Shown piece after piece: positions 48,868-58,950 of a DNA stretch of 64,000 nt. Source of the DNA: Treponemataceae bacterium (GTDB lineage Bacteria > Spirochaetota > Spirochaetia > Treponematales > Rectinemataceae); contig CAXXGJ010000018.1 in NCBI GenBank assembly GCA_963677895.2, positions 520,057 to 584,056 of the forward strand. Reading direction: 5' to 3'. The translations under genes and the position numbers were made by a program. How positions within the stretch are numbered: the stretch's first letter is position 1; each line of letters opens with the position of its first letter. Below the pieces are notes generated by a model. It was not told where the DNA came from. It made no database searches and was given only the letters and a program-made list of their open reading frames with translations.

Positions 48868-50817
48868 TCAGCGGTCGGCGGCCCGCACCATGCCCGCGTG
48901 CCAGGAGAGGAAGTATTCCTCGTCGGCCGGACCGCCGCCCTCCACGTCGGCCATTACCCTGAAAACAGGCTCCGTGCCCGAGCCGCGCATCCAGAGGAAA
49001 GCCTTGGGCACTCCCGCGGCCGTCGAAAAGACAATGCGCAGGCCTCCCTGCCCCGAAGCGGCGAAATCGTCGCCTATCGCCTTTTCTACGGTGCCGTTGG
49101 ACGAGAAGGCCGTCCAAGACGCTATTCCGAAACGACGATCGAGTTCGGATTTTCGTTTTTCCCATTCGACGGAGAATATGTCCCGGTAGCTGGCCTTGAG
49201 AGCTATCTTATCGGAAGTCCGAACGTGTAGCGCCGCCCTCTCCTCGAAGACGCTCGTGGTGGCCCATACCGGCAGGCTCGCGATGACATCGGCAAGGTCG
49301 TAATCGTCCCTGTATTCCGATTCCTTTCCGCAGGCCTTGAGCCAGAGACGGAAAAGACCCGGGCTGTCCGGCAGGTCAGGCAGGCGCAGGAGACGGATCA
49401 TGGCGCCTAAGGTGGAAAGCGGGTCCCGCACCTTCGAAGGATGCGTTATCGTGCCTCCGTTCGATCCCTCGCCCAGGATGCGCACGGTCCAGCCCTCGCG
49501 GCGGAGATTCTCGGCAAGGTTCACGACGTTCGCCTCGCCCGTTTCCGATCTGAATACGGAGGCGCCGAAATAGCCGGCGATGCGCTCTATGCGCATGCTC
49601 GTCGCGTCGTTCACGACGACGGCGATCTTTCCTGATTTAAGCGCCGCGAGTTCGGCCAGACAGGATAGGGAGAACACTTCCTGGGCTTCCAGCATGCGCG
49701 CCTTTCCCTGGGCTTTGTCAAAGAAGACAAGATTGCCTCGGTCACCGTCGCAGTCGGGTACATAGCCCAGCTGGTAGGCCGGATCTATGGCATGGGCTTC
49801 GCCCACGAGGCGCATGCAGAGCGAAAGCGATCCTCCCTCAGGCACGATGCGGTGGCCGAAAAGTCTCGGCTGATCGTTGAAGAATTTCGTCCTGATCGAC
49901 AGTCCCTCGAAGAAATCCCTGTCTATGGAAAGCGACCGGGCTGAGCCGTTGAGTTCGGCGACGATGCCCAGGGGGCGCTTCGAGCAGGCTTCGGCAAGCT
50001 GGTCCAGGCAATCGGCCTGGTCTTCCATTGCCGCTTCGCCTGTAACGACCTCATGGGTAAAAAGGGTATAGGCGGAGACGGACTGCCTTTTCCATGCCGT
50101 GCATTCCTCGAAACAGGCGGCGATGGCTTCTTTCCCGGCTGCCGAAATCAGCGCCAAGGCTTCACGGGATGAATCTGGGGAAGCGACCGCGGCCTTGAAA
50201 TCGGCGATGAGCGGAGCTATCTGGCTCGCGTTCAGCACGCCGCCCGTTCCAAGGCCGAATTTTACGCCATTATGGCCGGGGGGATTGTGGCTGGCGGAGA
50301 TGTAGGCGAATCCCGCGATCCTGCGGGGATCCTCGGCGGGCAGCCCGCCCGCCTTCCCCGCGAGGGCCATAATCTCCGGGGCGGAAACAATGAAACAGTA
50401 GCGCACTTCCATCCCCATGCCCAGGAGGACGCGGGCGAAAATGTCGCCCAAAGCGGGGCCGGTAGGGCGAGAATCGAGACCCAGGAGAACGGCAGGCTTC
50501 CGTCCGCCATGATTTTCCGTCGGCTGGCTCATGATGAAGTTGCCGAAGGCTCTCGCCATCAACGCCGCGAGGACGGCGTCGGCCTTCGATATATGGATGG
50601 AGAGGGAGTCGTCGGCGTCGTCGCCGGTCGACCATGAGGCCTGCGCGTCCCCGGCCAGGGGAGCCGCGAAGACCTTTCGCCAGCCCGATGCCGACAGGAT
50701 CAGCGTCGAGGCGGCGCGGGCGATCTCGGTGCGGGAGGGCAGGCTTTTGGCGTCCAGGGGGAGGGGGAGAATGTCGGGATCTCCGATGTCGATACCCGTG
50801 GCGGGATGATATATCAT
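48868..50817 (-). CDS. Phosphoglucomutase/phosphomannomutase family protein
   Basis: SASHN, DCDGDR, GEGSNG, RGSGTEP. Confidence 0.9.
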   Translation of the reverse strand: MIYHPATGIDIGDPDILPLPLDAKSLPSRTEIARAASTLILSASGWRKVFAAPLAGDAQASWSTGDDADDSLSIHISKADAVLAALMARAFGNFIMSQPTENHGGRKPAVLLGLDSRPTGPALGDIFARVLLGMGMEVRYCFIVSAPEIMALAGKAGGLPAEDPRRIAGFAYISASHNPPGHNGVKFGLGTGGVLNASQIAPLIADFKAAVASPDSSREALALISAAGKEAIAACFEECTAWKRQSVSAYTLFTHEVVTGEAAMEDQADCLDQLAEACSKRPLGIVAELNGSARSLSIDRDFFEGLSIRTKFFNDQPRLFGHRIVPEGGSLSLCMRLVGEAHAIDPAYQLGYVPDCDGDRGNLVFFDKAQGKARMLEAQEVFSLSCLAELAALKSGKIAVVVNDATSMRIERIAGYFGASVFRSETGEANVVNLAENLRREGWTVRILGEGSNGGTITHPSKVRDPLSTLGAMIRLLRLPDLPDSPGLFRLWLKACGKESEYRDDYDLADVIASLPVWATTSVFEERAALHVRTSDKIALKASYRDIFSVEWEKRKSELDRRFGIASWTAFSSNGTVEKAIGDDFAASGQGGLRIVFSTAAGVPKAFLWMRGSGTEPVFRVMADVEGGGPADEEYFLSWHAGMVRAADR

Positions 50818-50979
50818 GGACACGATGTCTCTCCTTATTGCCGCGCGGCGGTTTTTGCGTCGCACGTTGCATGCTTTTTGCTTGTTTATTGCCAGTACAT
50901 TGCCAGTATACGACAAGCCTCATCCAAAAATCCATAAAACGCATTGCGCCCGCGCGACCAAATCGATATCTTTTCGGGA

Positions 50980-52044
50980 GTGAACACCCTCAGCCTGTTG
51001 AAAAGCCTTGCCTCCGGCTTCATTCCTCTTCTCGCCTACATCGCGGCGGAACTCGTTTTCGGCGAGACAATAGGCCTTTTTGTGGGACTCGGCATCGGGA
51101 TCCTCGAATTCATCATCAGCTACCTGAAGGAAAAGAAAGCCGACCTCTTCGTCGCCGCCGATACCCTGCTGCTAGCCGCCATGGGACTCCTCTCTCTTCT
51201 CCTCCGCAATCAGATATTCTTCCGCATGAAGCCGGCCATAATGGAAGGTTTCATGGCCATCGCCATGGCCTTCCTGCTCTTTCTGCCCCCAAAAGCGCTC
51301 CAAGGGTATATGAGCCATCAGATCAAGGGAATTGTCCTGGACGAGGCAGGAATGCCGGCGCTCCGACGCAGTCTGGGCCTCATGGTGGCGGTGTTCACGC
51401 TTCATGCCGGGCTGACAACTTGGGCGGCCCTGGCCGCCAGCACCGCCCTGTGGGGCTTCGTCTCCGGCGGCCTGCTCTATATCATGCTCGGTATAGCCCT
51501 GGCGGGTCAGTGGATGACCCTACGCAAGCAAAGAAAAAACAGCCCCCAGCCCGAGCCTTTGGCCTGGTGCCTCCTCATGCTCGACGGGGCGGGGAGCCTC
51601 TACGCGGGAAAAATCCCCGGGAACGAAAGCCGATGGGACAGCCCCGCCAGAGGGAAAGCTGCCGGAGAAGCCGGCCTGGAGGCCAGTCTTGGGCAGACGC
51701 TCGCCCGGCTGGGCATCAAAGCCGCGGGAGCGGACCGCTCTTTTTCCATCCGCCCCGCCTTCATCCTCGATGCTTCGGGGAAAATCCTGCCGATATCCGC
51801 GTCGCCGGAGCCGGGCGCCGAATTGGTGCTCACCGCCACGCTTCCGCTTCAAGCCTTCCCCAAAGGCATAGACCCGACCGAACGGAGACTTTGGCCTGTT
51901 CCCGACCTCCTCGCTCTCGTCGCGACGGGCAAGCTGGCCGTTTCCTTCGAGCGGGAGCTCCTCGCGCTCTCCTTCCTGGGCAACCCTTTACGCGGCGAGG
52001 CGGGAGCAGGTATAGTGTCCGATAACAATGATGCACATATTTAA
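50980..52044 (+). CDS. IspZ/YciB-like membrane domain fused to a degenerate Nudix-like domain
   Basis: FIPLL...FFRMKPAI...WGFVS; C-terminal RWDSPARG segment lacks the Nudix-box glutamates. Confidence 0.6.
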   Translation: MNTLSLLKSLASGFIPLLAYIAAELVFGETIGLFVGLGIGILEFIISYLKEKKADLFVAADTLLLAAMGLLSLLLRNQIFFRMKPAIMEGFMAIAMAFLLFLPPKALQGYMSHQIKGIVLDEAGMPALRRSLGLMVAVFTLHAGLTTWAALAASTALWGFVSGGLLYIMLGIALAGQWMTLRKQRKNSPQPEPLAWCLLMLDGAGSLYAGKIPGNESRWDSPARGKAAGEAGLEASLGQTLARLGIKAAGADRSFSIRPAFILDASGKILPISASPEPGAELVLTATLPLQAFPKGIDPTERRLWPVPDLLALVATGKLAVSFERELLALSFLGNPLRGEAGAGIVSDNNDAHI

Positions 52045-52918
52045 CGCCCTGTTCTGGCTGCTGAGAGGAGTCAGGGTTTACGCGCTCGTAGGTTCGACAG
52101 GAACCGGAAAGAGCTTCAGGGCAAAGCTCGTGGCGCAGAAGTATGGCATCGAGATGATCATCGACGACGGGCTTCTCATCCGCGGCGACCAGCTCGTAGC
52201 CGGCAAATCGGCGAAAAAGGAAGCGTTGTATCTCGGCGCGGTCAAGACGGCGCTCTTTCACGAAAAGAACCACCGTGACCAAGTCGCCAAGGCGCTACAG
52301 CGGGAGAAGTTCCGCAAGATACTCGTGATCGGCACCAGCGAGAAAATGGTTACCCGGATCTGCGAACGCCTTCAGATCCCGCAGCCCTTTAAAATCATCA
52401 AAATCGAGGACATCGCGACGAAAGCCGAGATCGAAAAGGCCTTGCAGTCGCGCCAAATCGAAGGCAAGCACGTGATCCCGGTTCCCGCCCTCGAAATCCG
52501 CCGCAATTACCCATCCATATTTTACGACAGCGTTCGCGTCTTCCTGAAAAGAAGCTTCGGCGCCGGCGCTTCCCTGCCCAAAATCTATGAAAAGTCAGTA
52601 GTCAGGCCCGAGTACGCCAAGAGGGGCAGGGTGGCCATTTCCGAAGCCGCCCTTTCCCAGATGGTCGTCCACTGCGTGAGCGAATTCGATCAGTCGGTCC
52701 ATGTGAAAAGGCTCGCGATACGTGATGATTCCCAAGGGTACAGGATAACGGTAGTGCTGGAAGCACCCTATGGAACGAAACTGGCCTCCAACGCCCATGC
52801 CCTGCAGGAATATATAGTAGACAGCATCGAACGCTTTACGGGCATCCTCGTGGCTGAGGTCAACATCGTCATCGATCGGCTCACTCCCAGAAGAAAAGCT
52901 GATAAAACAAAAAAATAG
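52028..52918 (+). CDS. Conserved P-loop protein with C-terminal Asp23-like domain
   Basis: GSTGTGKS, IIDDGLL; C-terminal beta-rich domain. Confidence 0.75.
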   Translation: MMHIFNALFWLLRGVRVYALVGSTGTGKSFRAKLVAQKYGIEMIIDDGLLIRGDQLVAGKSAKKEALYLGAVKTALFHEKNHRDQVAKALQREKFRKILVIGTSEKMVTRICERLQIPQPFKIIKIEDIATKAEIEKALQSRQIEGKHVIPVPALEIRRNYPSIFYDSVRVFLKRSFGAGASLPKIYEKSVVRPEYAKRGRVAISEAALSQMVVHCVSEFDQSVHVKRLAIRDDSQGYRITVVLEAPYGTKLASNAHALQEYIVDSIERFTGILVAEVNIVIDRLTPRRKADKTKK

Positions 52919-52955
52919 ATCGGTTTCCGCGAAGCCGAATGAAGTTGCCGGCGTA

Positions 52956-52984
52956 TTGACGACCTCGAAAGAACCGTGTACTAT
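52956..52984 (+). promoter_or_regulatory. Sigma70 promoter of the bS22 gene
   Basis: TTGACG-N17-TACTAT. Confidence 0.7.
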
Positions 52985-53045
52985 TGGCTTTGTTGCGTGA
53001 TGAATGAGCCTCATTACGCATCAAACGTATCCAAGGAGAACCGTC

Positions 53046-53141
53046 GTGCCCTGTGGTAGAAAACGAAAGCTTAAGAAAATAGCGACGCATAAGAGAAAGA
53101 AGAAGAGAAGACTCAATAGACACAAGACCAGAGTCTCCTGA
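53046..53141 (+). CDS. Small ribosomal protein bS22 (mS38/AURKAIP1/COX24 family), 31 aa
   Basis: RBS AAGGAG, GTG start, MPCGRKRKLKKIATHKRKKKRRLNRHKTRVS. Confidence 0.88.
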   Translation: MPCGRKRKLKKIATHKRKKKRRLNRHKTRVS

Positions 53142-53159
53142 CAATCGTTATTTTCATGG

Positions 53160-53188
53160 AAAAGCTGTCCTGACGGGCAGCTTTTTTT
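53160..53188 (+). terminator. Rho-independent terminator
   Basis: AAAAGCTGTCC-tgac-GGGCAGCTTTTTTT. Confidence 0.8.
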
Positions 53189-53296
53189 ATTTGGCGACCC
53201 GAGAGCGCCGTAAGGCCGAAAGTCTTGTCCCTCGCGGCGCTATAGCCTTATAATCTTCATGAATCTCAATTCTTCAATGGAAGCAGGTGGTTGAAT

Positions 53297-54259
53297 ATGA
53301 ACGAACTCCTGAAAAAGATTTCCGATTTCGGCATAGTGCCCGTCGTAAAGCTGGATGACGCGAAGGACGCCCTGCCGCTGGCGAAAGCCCTTTACGAAGG
53401 CGGCCTGCCCCTGGCCGAAATCACCTTCCGTACATCGGCCGCCGAAGAGGCGATCCGCAGGCTCAGCGCGCAAATGCCGGAAATGCTCGTCGGCGCGGGC
53501 ACCGTCCTCACGCGGGAACAGGCCGACAAGGCCATCGCCGCCGGCGCGAAATTCATCGTCACGCCCGGCTTCAACGGCAAAATCGTCGAGCACTGCATCG
53601 CGAAAGGCGTTCCCATAGTACCGGGCTGCTCCGGCCCAAGCGACATGGAAGCCGCGATGGAACTGGGCCTCGACGTGGTCAAATTCTTCCCGGCCGAGCA
53701 GGCTGGCGGCGTGGAGTACCTCAAGGCCGTTTCGGGACCCTATCCCAACCTGAAATTCATGCCCACCGGCGGCATCAATGCCCAAAACCTCAACGACTAC
53801 CTCTCGCTCAAAAATGTGCTGGCCTGCGGCGGCTCGTGGATGGTAAAGGCCGACCTTGTCGGCGCGGGAGACTTCGCGGCGATAACCGAACTCACGAAGC
53901 AAGCGGTGAGCAGCATGCTCGGATTCGGCCTCCTCCATATCGGCGTCAACGCCATAAGCGAGGAAAGCGCGGCGGAGATAGCCGGAGTCTATAGGGACAG
54001 GTTCAACATGAGCTACCGCGCGGGAAAAAGCTCCATTTTCGCCGGCGAAATCCTGGAAGTGATGAAAAAACCCGGCGCCGGAAAACTCGGCCACATCGGC
54101 ATCACCACCAACTACATCGAGCGCGCCATCGCCCATTTCAAGCTTCGCGGCATAGCCCTGGACGAGAATTCCAGGAAGTACAACGACGCGGGCAAACTGG
54201 TTGCCATTTTCTTCACCGACGAGCCGGGTGGTTTCGCCATCCACCTCACCCAAGTCTAG
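53297..54259 (+). CDS. eda: KDPG/KHG aldolase with C-terminal extension
   Basis: EITFR, GAGTV, KFFPA, PTGGI, GGSW. Confidence 0.92.
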   Translation: MNELLKKISDFGIVPVVKLDDAKDALPLAKALYEGGLPLAEITFRTSAAEEAIRRLSAQMPEMLVGAGTVLTREQADKAIAAGAKFIVTPGFNGKIVEHCIAKGVPIVPGCSGPSDMEAAMELGLDVVKFFPAEQAGGVEYLKAVSGPYPNLKFMPTGGINAQNLNDYLSLKNVLACGGSWMVKADLVGAGDFAAITELTKQAVSSMLGFGLLHIGVNAISEESAAEIAGVYRDRFNMSYRAGKSSIFAGEILEVMKKPGAGKLGHIGITTNYIERAIAHFKLRGIALDENSRKYNDAGKLVAIFFTDEPGGFAIHLTQV

Positions 54260-54291
54260 CGAATACAACAAAAATACAGCCTCCATCGACG

Positions 54292-54320
54292 AAGCCCGTT
54301 TCAATTATTGAAACGGGCTT
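54292..54320 (+). terminator. Hairpin terminator after eda
   Basis: AAGCCCGTTTCAA-tta-TTGAAACGGGCTT. Confidence 0.7.
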
Positions 54321-54399
54321 TCATTTTTACAGAAAACACTCTTGTCAAATTTTGAAACAATGGTATACTCTGGTGAAACGACACGAAGGAAGGAACAAG

Positions 54400-55473
54400 A
54401 TGGCGCAATCCGTTCTCGTGATAAACCCGGGCTCCACCTCCACCAAGATCGCCGTGTTTGAAGGCGGCGGGAGGATCTTCGATCATTCGCTGAGCCATTC
54501 CTCCGAAGAACTGAAACCTTTTCCCACCATCGCCTCCCAATATGAATTCCGCAAGCTAGCCATCCTGGAAGTTCTCGCGGCCAAGGGCTTCAACGTGGGC
54601 AAGCTGGTCGCCGTCGTGGGCAGGGGAGGGGTCCTCCATCCCATCCCGAGCGGCGTCTACCGCGTCAACGAAGCGATGAAAGCCGATATCCTCGCGGCCA
54701 AATACGGCGAACACGCGTCCAACCTGGGCGCGCTCATCGCCGACGACATCGCCGCCGAACTCGGAATCCCCGCCTATATCGCCGATCCCGTGGTCGTGGA
54801 CGAACTCTCCGACGTCGCGAGGGTTTCGGGCCACAAGCTTTTTCAGAGAATTTCCATATTCCATGCCTTGAATCAGAAAGCCGTGGCCAGGCGCTATGCC
54901 GCCGAACAGGGCAAGAAATACGAATCCCTGAGCCTCATCGTCGTCCATATGGGCGGAGGCGTCTCGATCGGACTGCATAGACAGGGCCTTGTCGAGGACG
55001 TCAACCAGGCATTGAGCGGCGAAGGTCCCTTCAGCCCCGAACGCTCGGGCACCCTTCCCGTGAACCAGCTGGCCAAGCTCTGCTTTTCCGGCAAATACAG
55101 CGAGAAGGAAGTCATGAAGATGATATCCGGCGCGGGCGGCATGGTGAGCTTCCTCGGCACCAACGACATGAGAGAGGTGGAAAAGCTGCGCCTCGCGGGC
55201 GATCCGGCCGCCACCCTCTATTTCAACGCCTTCGTCTACCAGGTCGGGAAGACCATCGGCGCCATGGCCGCCGCCGCGAAGGGCAGGGTGGACGCCATCA
55301 TCCTCACCGGCGGCATCGCCCACGACAAGGACGTCGTCGCCGGTCTGAAGGAAATGTGTTCCTTCATCGCTCCCTTCACGGTCTATCCCGGCGAGGGAGA
55401 GCTCGAGGCCCTGGCCCAGGCTGGCCTGGGCGCCATCAACGGCACGAGGCCGGTTTTGGAGTATAAAGCATGA
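54400..55473 (+). CDS. buk: Butyrate kinase
   Basis: INPGSTSTK, HASNLG, HALNQKA, HMGGG. Confidence 0.95.
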   Translation: MAQSVLVINPGSTSTKIAVFEGGGRIFDHSLSHSSEELKPFPTIASQYEFRKLAILEVLAAKGFNVGKLVAVVGRGGVLHPIPSGVYRVNEAMKADILAAKYGEHASNLGALIADDIAAELGIPAYIADPVVVDELSDVARVSGHKLFQRISIFHALNQKAVARRYAAEQGKKYESLSLIVVHMGGGVSIGLHRQGLVEDVNQALSGEGPFSPERSGTLPVNQLAKLCFSGKYSEKEVMKMISGAGGMVSFLGTNDMREVEKLRLAGDPAATLYFNAFVYQVGKTIGAMAAAAKGRVDAIILTGGIAHDKDVVAGLKEMCSFIAPFTVYPGEGELEALAQAGLGAINGTRPVLEYKA

Positions 55474-56390
55474 AATATATTTCCGAATTGTTGCAGGCTG
55501 CCGCGTCCGCCGGGCGCATGAAACTGGCGGTGGCCTCGGCGCAGGAAGCCTCCGTCCTGGAAGCAGTCGTCGACGCCTACGCGGCGGGCATAGCCGAACC
55601 GATCCTCGTCGGCGATCCCGAGGCCATCGCGGCGGCGGCGGCCGAGGCCAGAGGCGGCAAGGGCGTGGATATTTCGGCCTTCGAGATAGTTCCCGTCAAG
55701 GATCTCTACGCTTCCGCCGCCAAGGCCGTGGAATTGGTCAGGACGGGCAGGGCGGGATTCCTCATGAAAGGCATCATCGACACGGCCCCCCTGCTCAAGG
55801 CGGTGCTCAACAAGGAGACGGGAATCAACGCCGGGCATCTCGCCAGCCACGTGGCCGTCATGGAAGTGCCTACCTACCACAAACTCCTCGTCATCACCGA
55901 CGCGGCCATCAATATCGCCCCCGATCTTCCTGGATTCGTCGACATCATCAACTCAGCCGTGACCGTTTCGCGGGCTCTCGGCACGAAGCTGCCCAAGGTA
56001 GCCATCCTCGCGGCCGTGGAAAAGGTGAACGCCGAGAAAATGCCCTGCACGGTGACCGCCGCCATTCTCACCCAGATGAACAGACGAGGCCAGATCAAGA
56101 ACTGCGTCGTCGACGGACCTCTCGCCCTGGACAACGCGATCAGCGCCGAAAGCGTGCGGATCAAGAAGATTGTCTCCGAAGTCGCGGGCGACGCCGATAT
56201 CCTCGTCGTCCCGGACATCGAAGCCGGCAACATCCTGTACAAATGCCTGCTCGACCTGGCTCAGGCCAAGGGCGCGGGCATCATCATGGGCGCCGCCAAA
56301 CCCGTCGTCCTCACCAGCCGCGCCGACACCGCGGAAACCAAACTCGCCTCCATAGCGCTCGCCGCCCTCACCGGCCGCTGGGCAAGCTAG
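55470..56390 (+). CDS. ptb: Phosphate butyryltransferase
   Basis: LMKG, DGPLALDNA, GNILYK, LTSRAD. Confidence 0.92.
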   Translation: MKYISELLQAAASAGRMKLAVASAQEASVLEAVVDAYAAGIAEPILVGDPEAIAAAAAEARGGKGVDISAFEIVPVKDLYASAAKAVELVRTGRAGFLMKGIIDTAPLLKAVLNKETGINAGHLASHVAVMEVPTYHKLLVITDAAINIAPDLPGFVDIINSAVTVSRALGTKLPKVAILAAVEKVNAEKMPCTVTAAILTQMNRRGQIKNCVVDGPLALDNAISAESVRIKKIVSEVAGDADILVVPDIEAGNILYKCLLDLAQAKGAGIIMGAAKPVVLTSRADTAETKLASIALAALTGRWAS

Positions 56391-56412
56391 AAGGCGCGAC
56401 AAGGAGTCCTCT

Positions 56413-56628
56413 ATGGCCAACAAGGGTAAACCGGTCATCGACAGGGAACGATGCAAAGGCTGTCTGCTTTGCGTCCGCGCCTGTCCCGTGAAAGTGCTCG
56501 GGCCTGATTCCACGCCCAATTCCTGGGGCTACTATCCTTCCTCGGTCCTGGCCCCGGAAAAATGCATAGCCTGCGGAAACTGCTACCAGGTCTGTCCCGA
56601 CGTAGCCGTCACCGTCTATAAACTGTGA
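56413..56628 (+). CDS. 2[4Fe-4S] ferredoxin subunit of a 2-oxoacid oxidoreductase
   Basis: Two CxxCxxCxxxCP motifs. Confidence 0.92.
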   Translation: MANKGKPVIDRERCKGCLLCVRACPVKVLGPDSTPNSWGYYPSSVLAPEKCIACGNCYQVCPDVAVTVYKL

Positions 56629-56639
56629 AGGAGAAGCCC

Positions 56640-57744
56640 ATGTCCGAAGACATTCGCCTCATGAAAGGCAACGAGGCTATCGGCGAGGCCGCCGTGCGCG
56701 CCGGCTGCAAGGCCTATTTCGGGTATCCGATCACGCCCCAGAACGAACTCACGGCCTATATGGCGGTGCACATGCTCGCCAAAGGCCGGACCTTCATCCA
56801 GGCCGAGAGCGAAGTATCGGCCATCAATATGGTCTATGGAGCCGCCGCCACGGGCGCCCGCGCCATGACCAGCTCGTCCAGCCCCGGCGTTTCCCTGAAG
56901 CAGGAAGGCATCTCCTACCTCTGCGGCGCCGATCTTCCCGCCGTCATCGTCAACGTGGCCCGCTCCGGCCCCGGCCTCGGCGGCATCTCGCCCAGCCAGG
57001 GCGACTATTTCCAGTCCACCCGCGGCGGCGGCCACGGCGACTATTACACGATCGTCCTCGCCCCCAAGGGCGTGCAGGACGCTGCCGATCTCACCTACGA
57101 AGCCTTCGCCATCACCGAAAAATACAGGATTCCCGTTCTCATCCTCGCCGACGGACTCATCGGCCAGATGATGGAGGGCGTCGTCCTCCCGCAGCCTCTC
57201 GATCCCGAGGGCTTTCCCCGCAAGGCCTGGGCCGCCGGCCATCAGGAAGAGATGAAACGCGATCCCAACCACGTCACCAGCATCCATCTCGTGCCCGAGG
57301 AACTGGAGGCCCACCATCCTGGAACGCTTCAAGCGCTACGATCAGGTGAAGAAAGAGCTCTGCCGCTTCGAGGAAGTCCAGGTGGAGGACGCCGACCTCG
57401 TCCTCGTGGCCTACGGCACCTCGGCGCGCGTAAGCCTGGGCGCCCTGCAGGCGGCCCGCAAGCTCGGACTCAAGGTCGGGCTTTTCCGCCCCATTACCCT
57501 CTGGCCTTTCCCCTACGACAGGCTCTCCGAACTCGCGCGGAAGGGCAAGCGCTTCCTCGCGGTGGAAATGAGCATGGGGCAGATGGTGGAAGACGTTCGA
57601 TTGGCCGTCAACGGCCAGGCGCCCGTCGATTTCTACGGCAGGTGCGGCGGAATAGTCCCCAGCGAGGAAGAAGTGCTCGCTGAAATCCAGCGGATTCTCG
57701 CCCGGCGGATTCTCGCCCAGCGCCTTCCCGCCGGTCAGGCATAA
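56640..57744 (+). CDS. vorB: 3-methyl-2-oxobutanoate:ferredoxin oxidoreductase alpha subunit, frameshifted near 57310-57315
   Basis: GYPITPQ, QAESE, SSSPG; one extra C splits it from the C-terminal VAYGT...VEMSMGQM frame. Confidence 0.88.
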
Positions 57745-57754
57745 GGAGCTCATC

Positions 57755-58235
57755 ATGGAACTAGCATTCGGCCATCCGAAGAGCCTTAAGCCCATACAGA
57801 CCAAGTACTGCCCCGGCTGCGGCCATGGCGTGATACACAGACTCATCGCCGAGGTGATCGACGAAATGGGATTGCAGACTGAAATCCATCATCACCAACC
57901 CTGTCGGCTGCTCGATCTGGGCCGACCTCTATTTCGATTTCGACTCGGTGCAGCCAGCCCACGGCAGAACCCCCGCGGCCGCCACCGCCGTCAAACGCAT
58001 GCTCCCCGACCACCTCGTCATCTGCTATCAGGGCGACGGCGACCTCGCCGCCATAGGCACGGCTGAGATAATCCACGCCGCGAACCGCGGCGAGAAGTTC
58101 ACGACGATCTTCGTGAACAACGCTATCTACGGAATGACGGGCGGCCAGATGGCGCCGACAACCCTCATCGGCCAGTACGCGACCACGGCTCCGAACGGAC
58201 GCGATCCCATAGGCGCCGGCATGGGCTATCCCATA
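57755..58235 (+). pseudogene. Oxidoreductase beta (TPP-binding) subunit, frameshifted near 57878 and truncated at the junction
   Basis: [35 protein letters not shown]; homology stops after GYPI. Confidence 0.85.
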
Positions 58236-58694
58236 GGCCGGGGCATCTTTCCCGAAGTCAATTTCGTACATGGCCGACTGATGCGACAAGGCAAAGCGCA
58301 CGTCGGTCTGCTGATCGTCGAGGTAAACCGAATAAGAGTACGGAGTCAGTTTTTCCTGATCATAGCTGTATGAAATAACCGGTTTCAAATCTTTTTCATC
58401 ACCCTGAAACGGGCTCAGGTTGAAGGCTGAACTTCCGCGGTGGCTGGTAATTTCCAATGGCAACCCGCGAAGCAATTCGCTGGTGTAGTCGCCCCGTTCA
58501 GGATAAACCCGCAACAAGCTGTTGGGCAGATGGATGGTTGGAAAGGTAGGAACCAACAAGTGACTGATGTTCCCCATGTAAGGATTGACATAATCGACCG
58601 GATCTTTTCCGGCCGCATTGCTTTGAAGCCAACCCGTTGATAGTAAAGAAAAGAGCACCAGATACAGGCTCTTTTTTAATCGAATGGTTATCAT
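58233..58694 (-). pseudogene. N-terminal fragment of a GH92 alpha-mannosidase (Bacteroidota type), truncated at the junction
   Basis: Signal peptide then DPVDYVNPYMGNISHLLVPTFP; GH92 enzymes are normally several hundred aa longer. Confidence 0.75.
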
Positions 58695-58950
58695 TTGTTT
58701 TAGTTTAGGATATTGATCCAAATATATGTTTTCTTCGGCTTTGGTTTGCGCTAAAAACTGAAGTTCTCCGGCCCGAAGATTGATTTTTATAAATGATTAA
58801 CAAGAGTTTTTTTCAGCAAAGTCCTAACCTATTGTTAGTTTTGCCTTAGCCGGTACATTTTGAGAAGGATAATTTGCGTTTTATTTGTTTTATGAAGTGT
58901 TGATTTTTTTTGTTTTATATAGCTGCTAAGCCTTTTCATAAGAAGTGTAT

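Noticed and set aside
52990..53190. T-box riboswitch or 6S RNA upstream of eda
   Set aside because: No T-box motif or long 6S duplex; the region is explained by the bS22 ORF
57691..57720. 15-bp tandem duplication ([10 protein letters not shown]) at the vorB 3' end
   Set aside because: Short in-frame duplication in a variable tail with no evident function
57843..58721. 292-aa minus-strand ORF as a novel GH92 fusion protein
   Set aside because: Its C-terminal half is antisense read-through into the oxidoreductase gene across the chimeric junction
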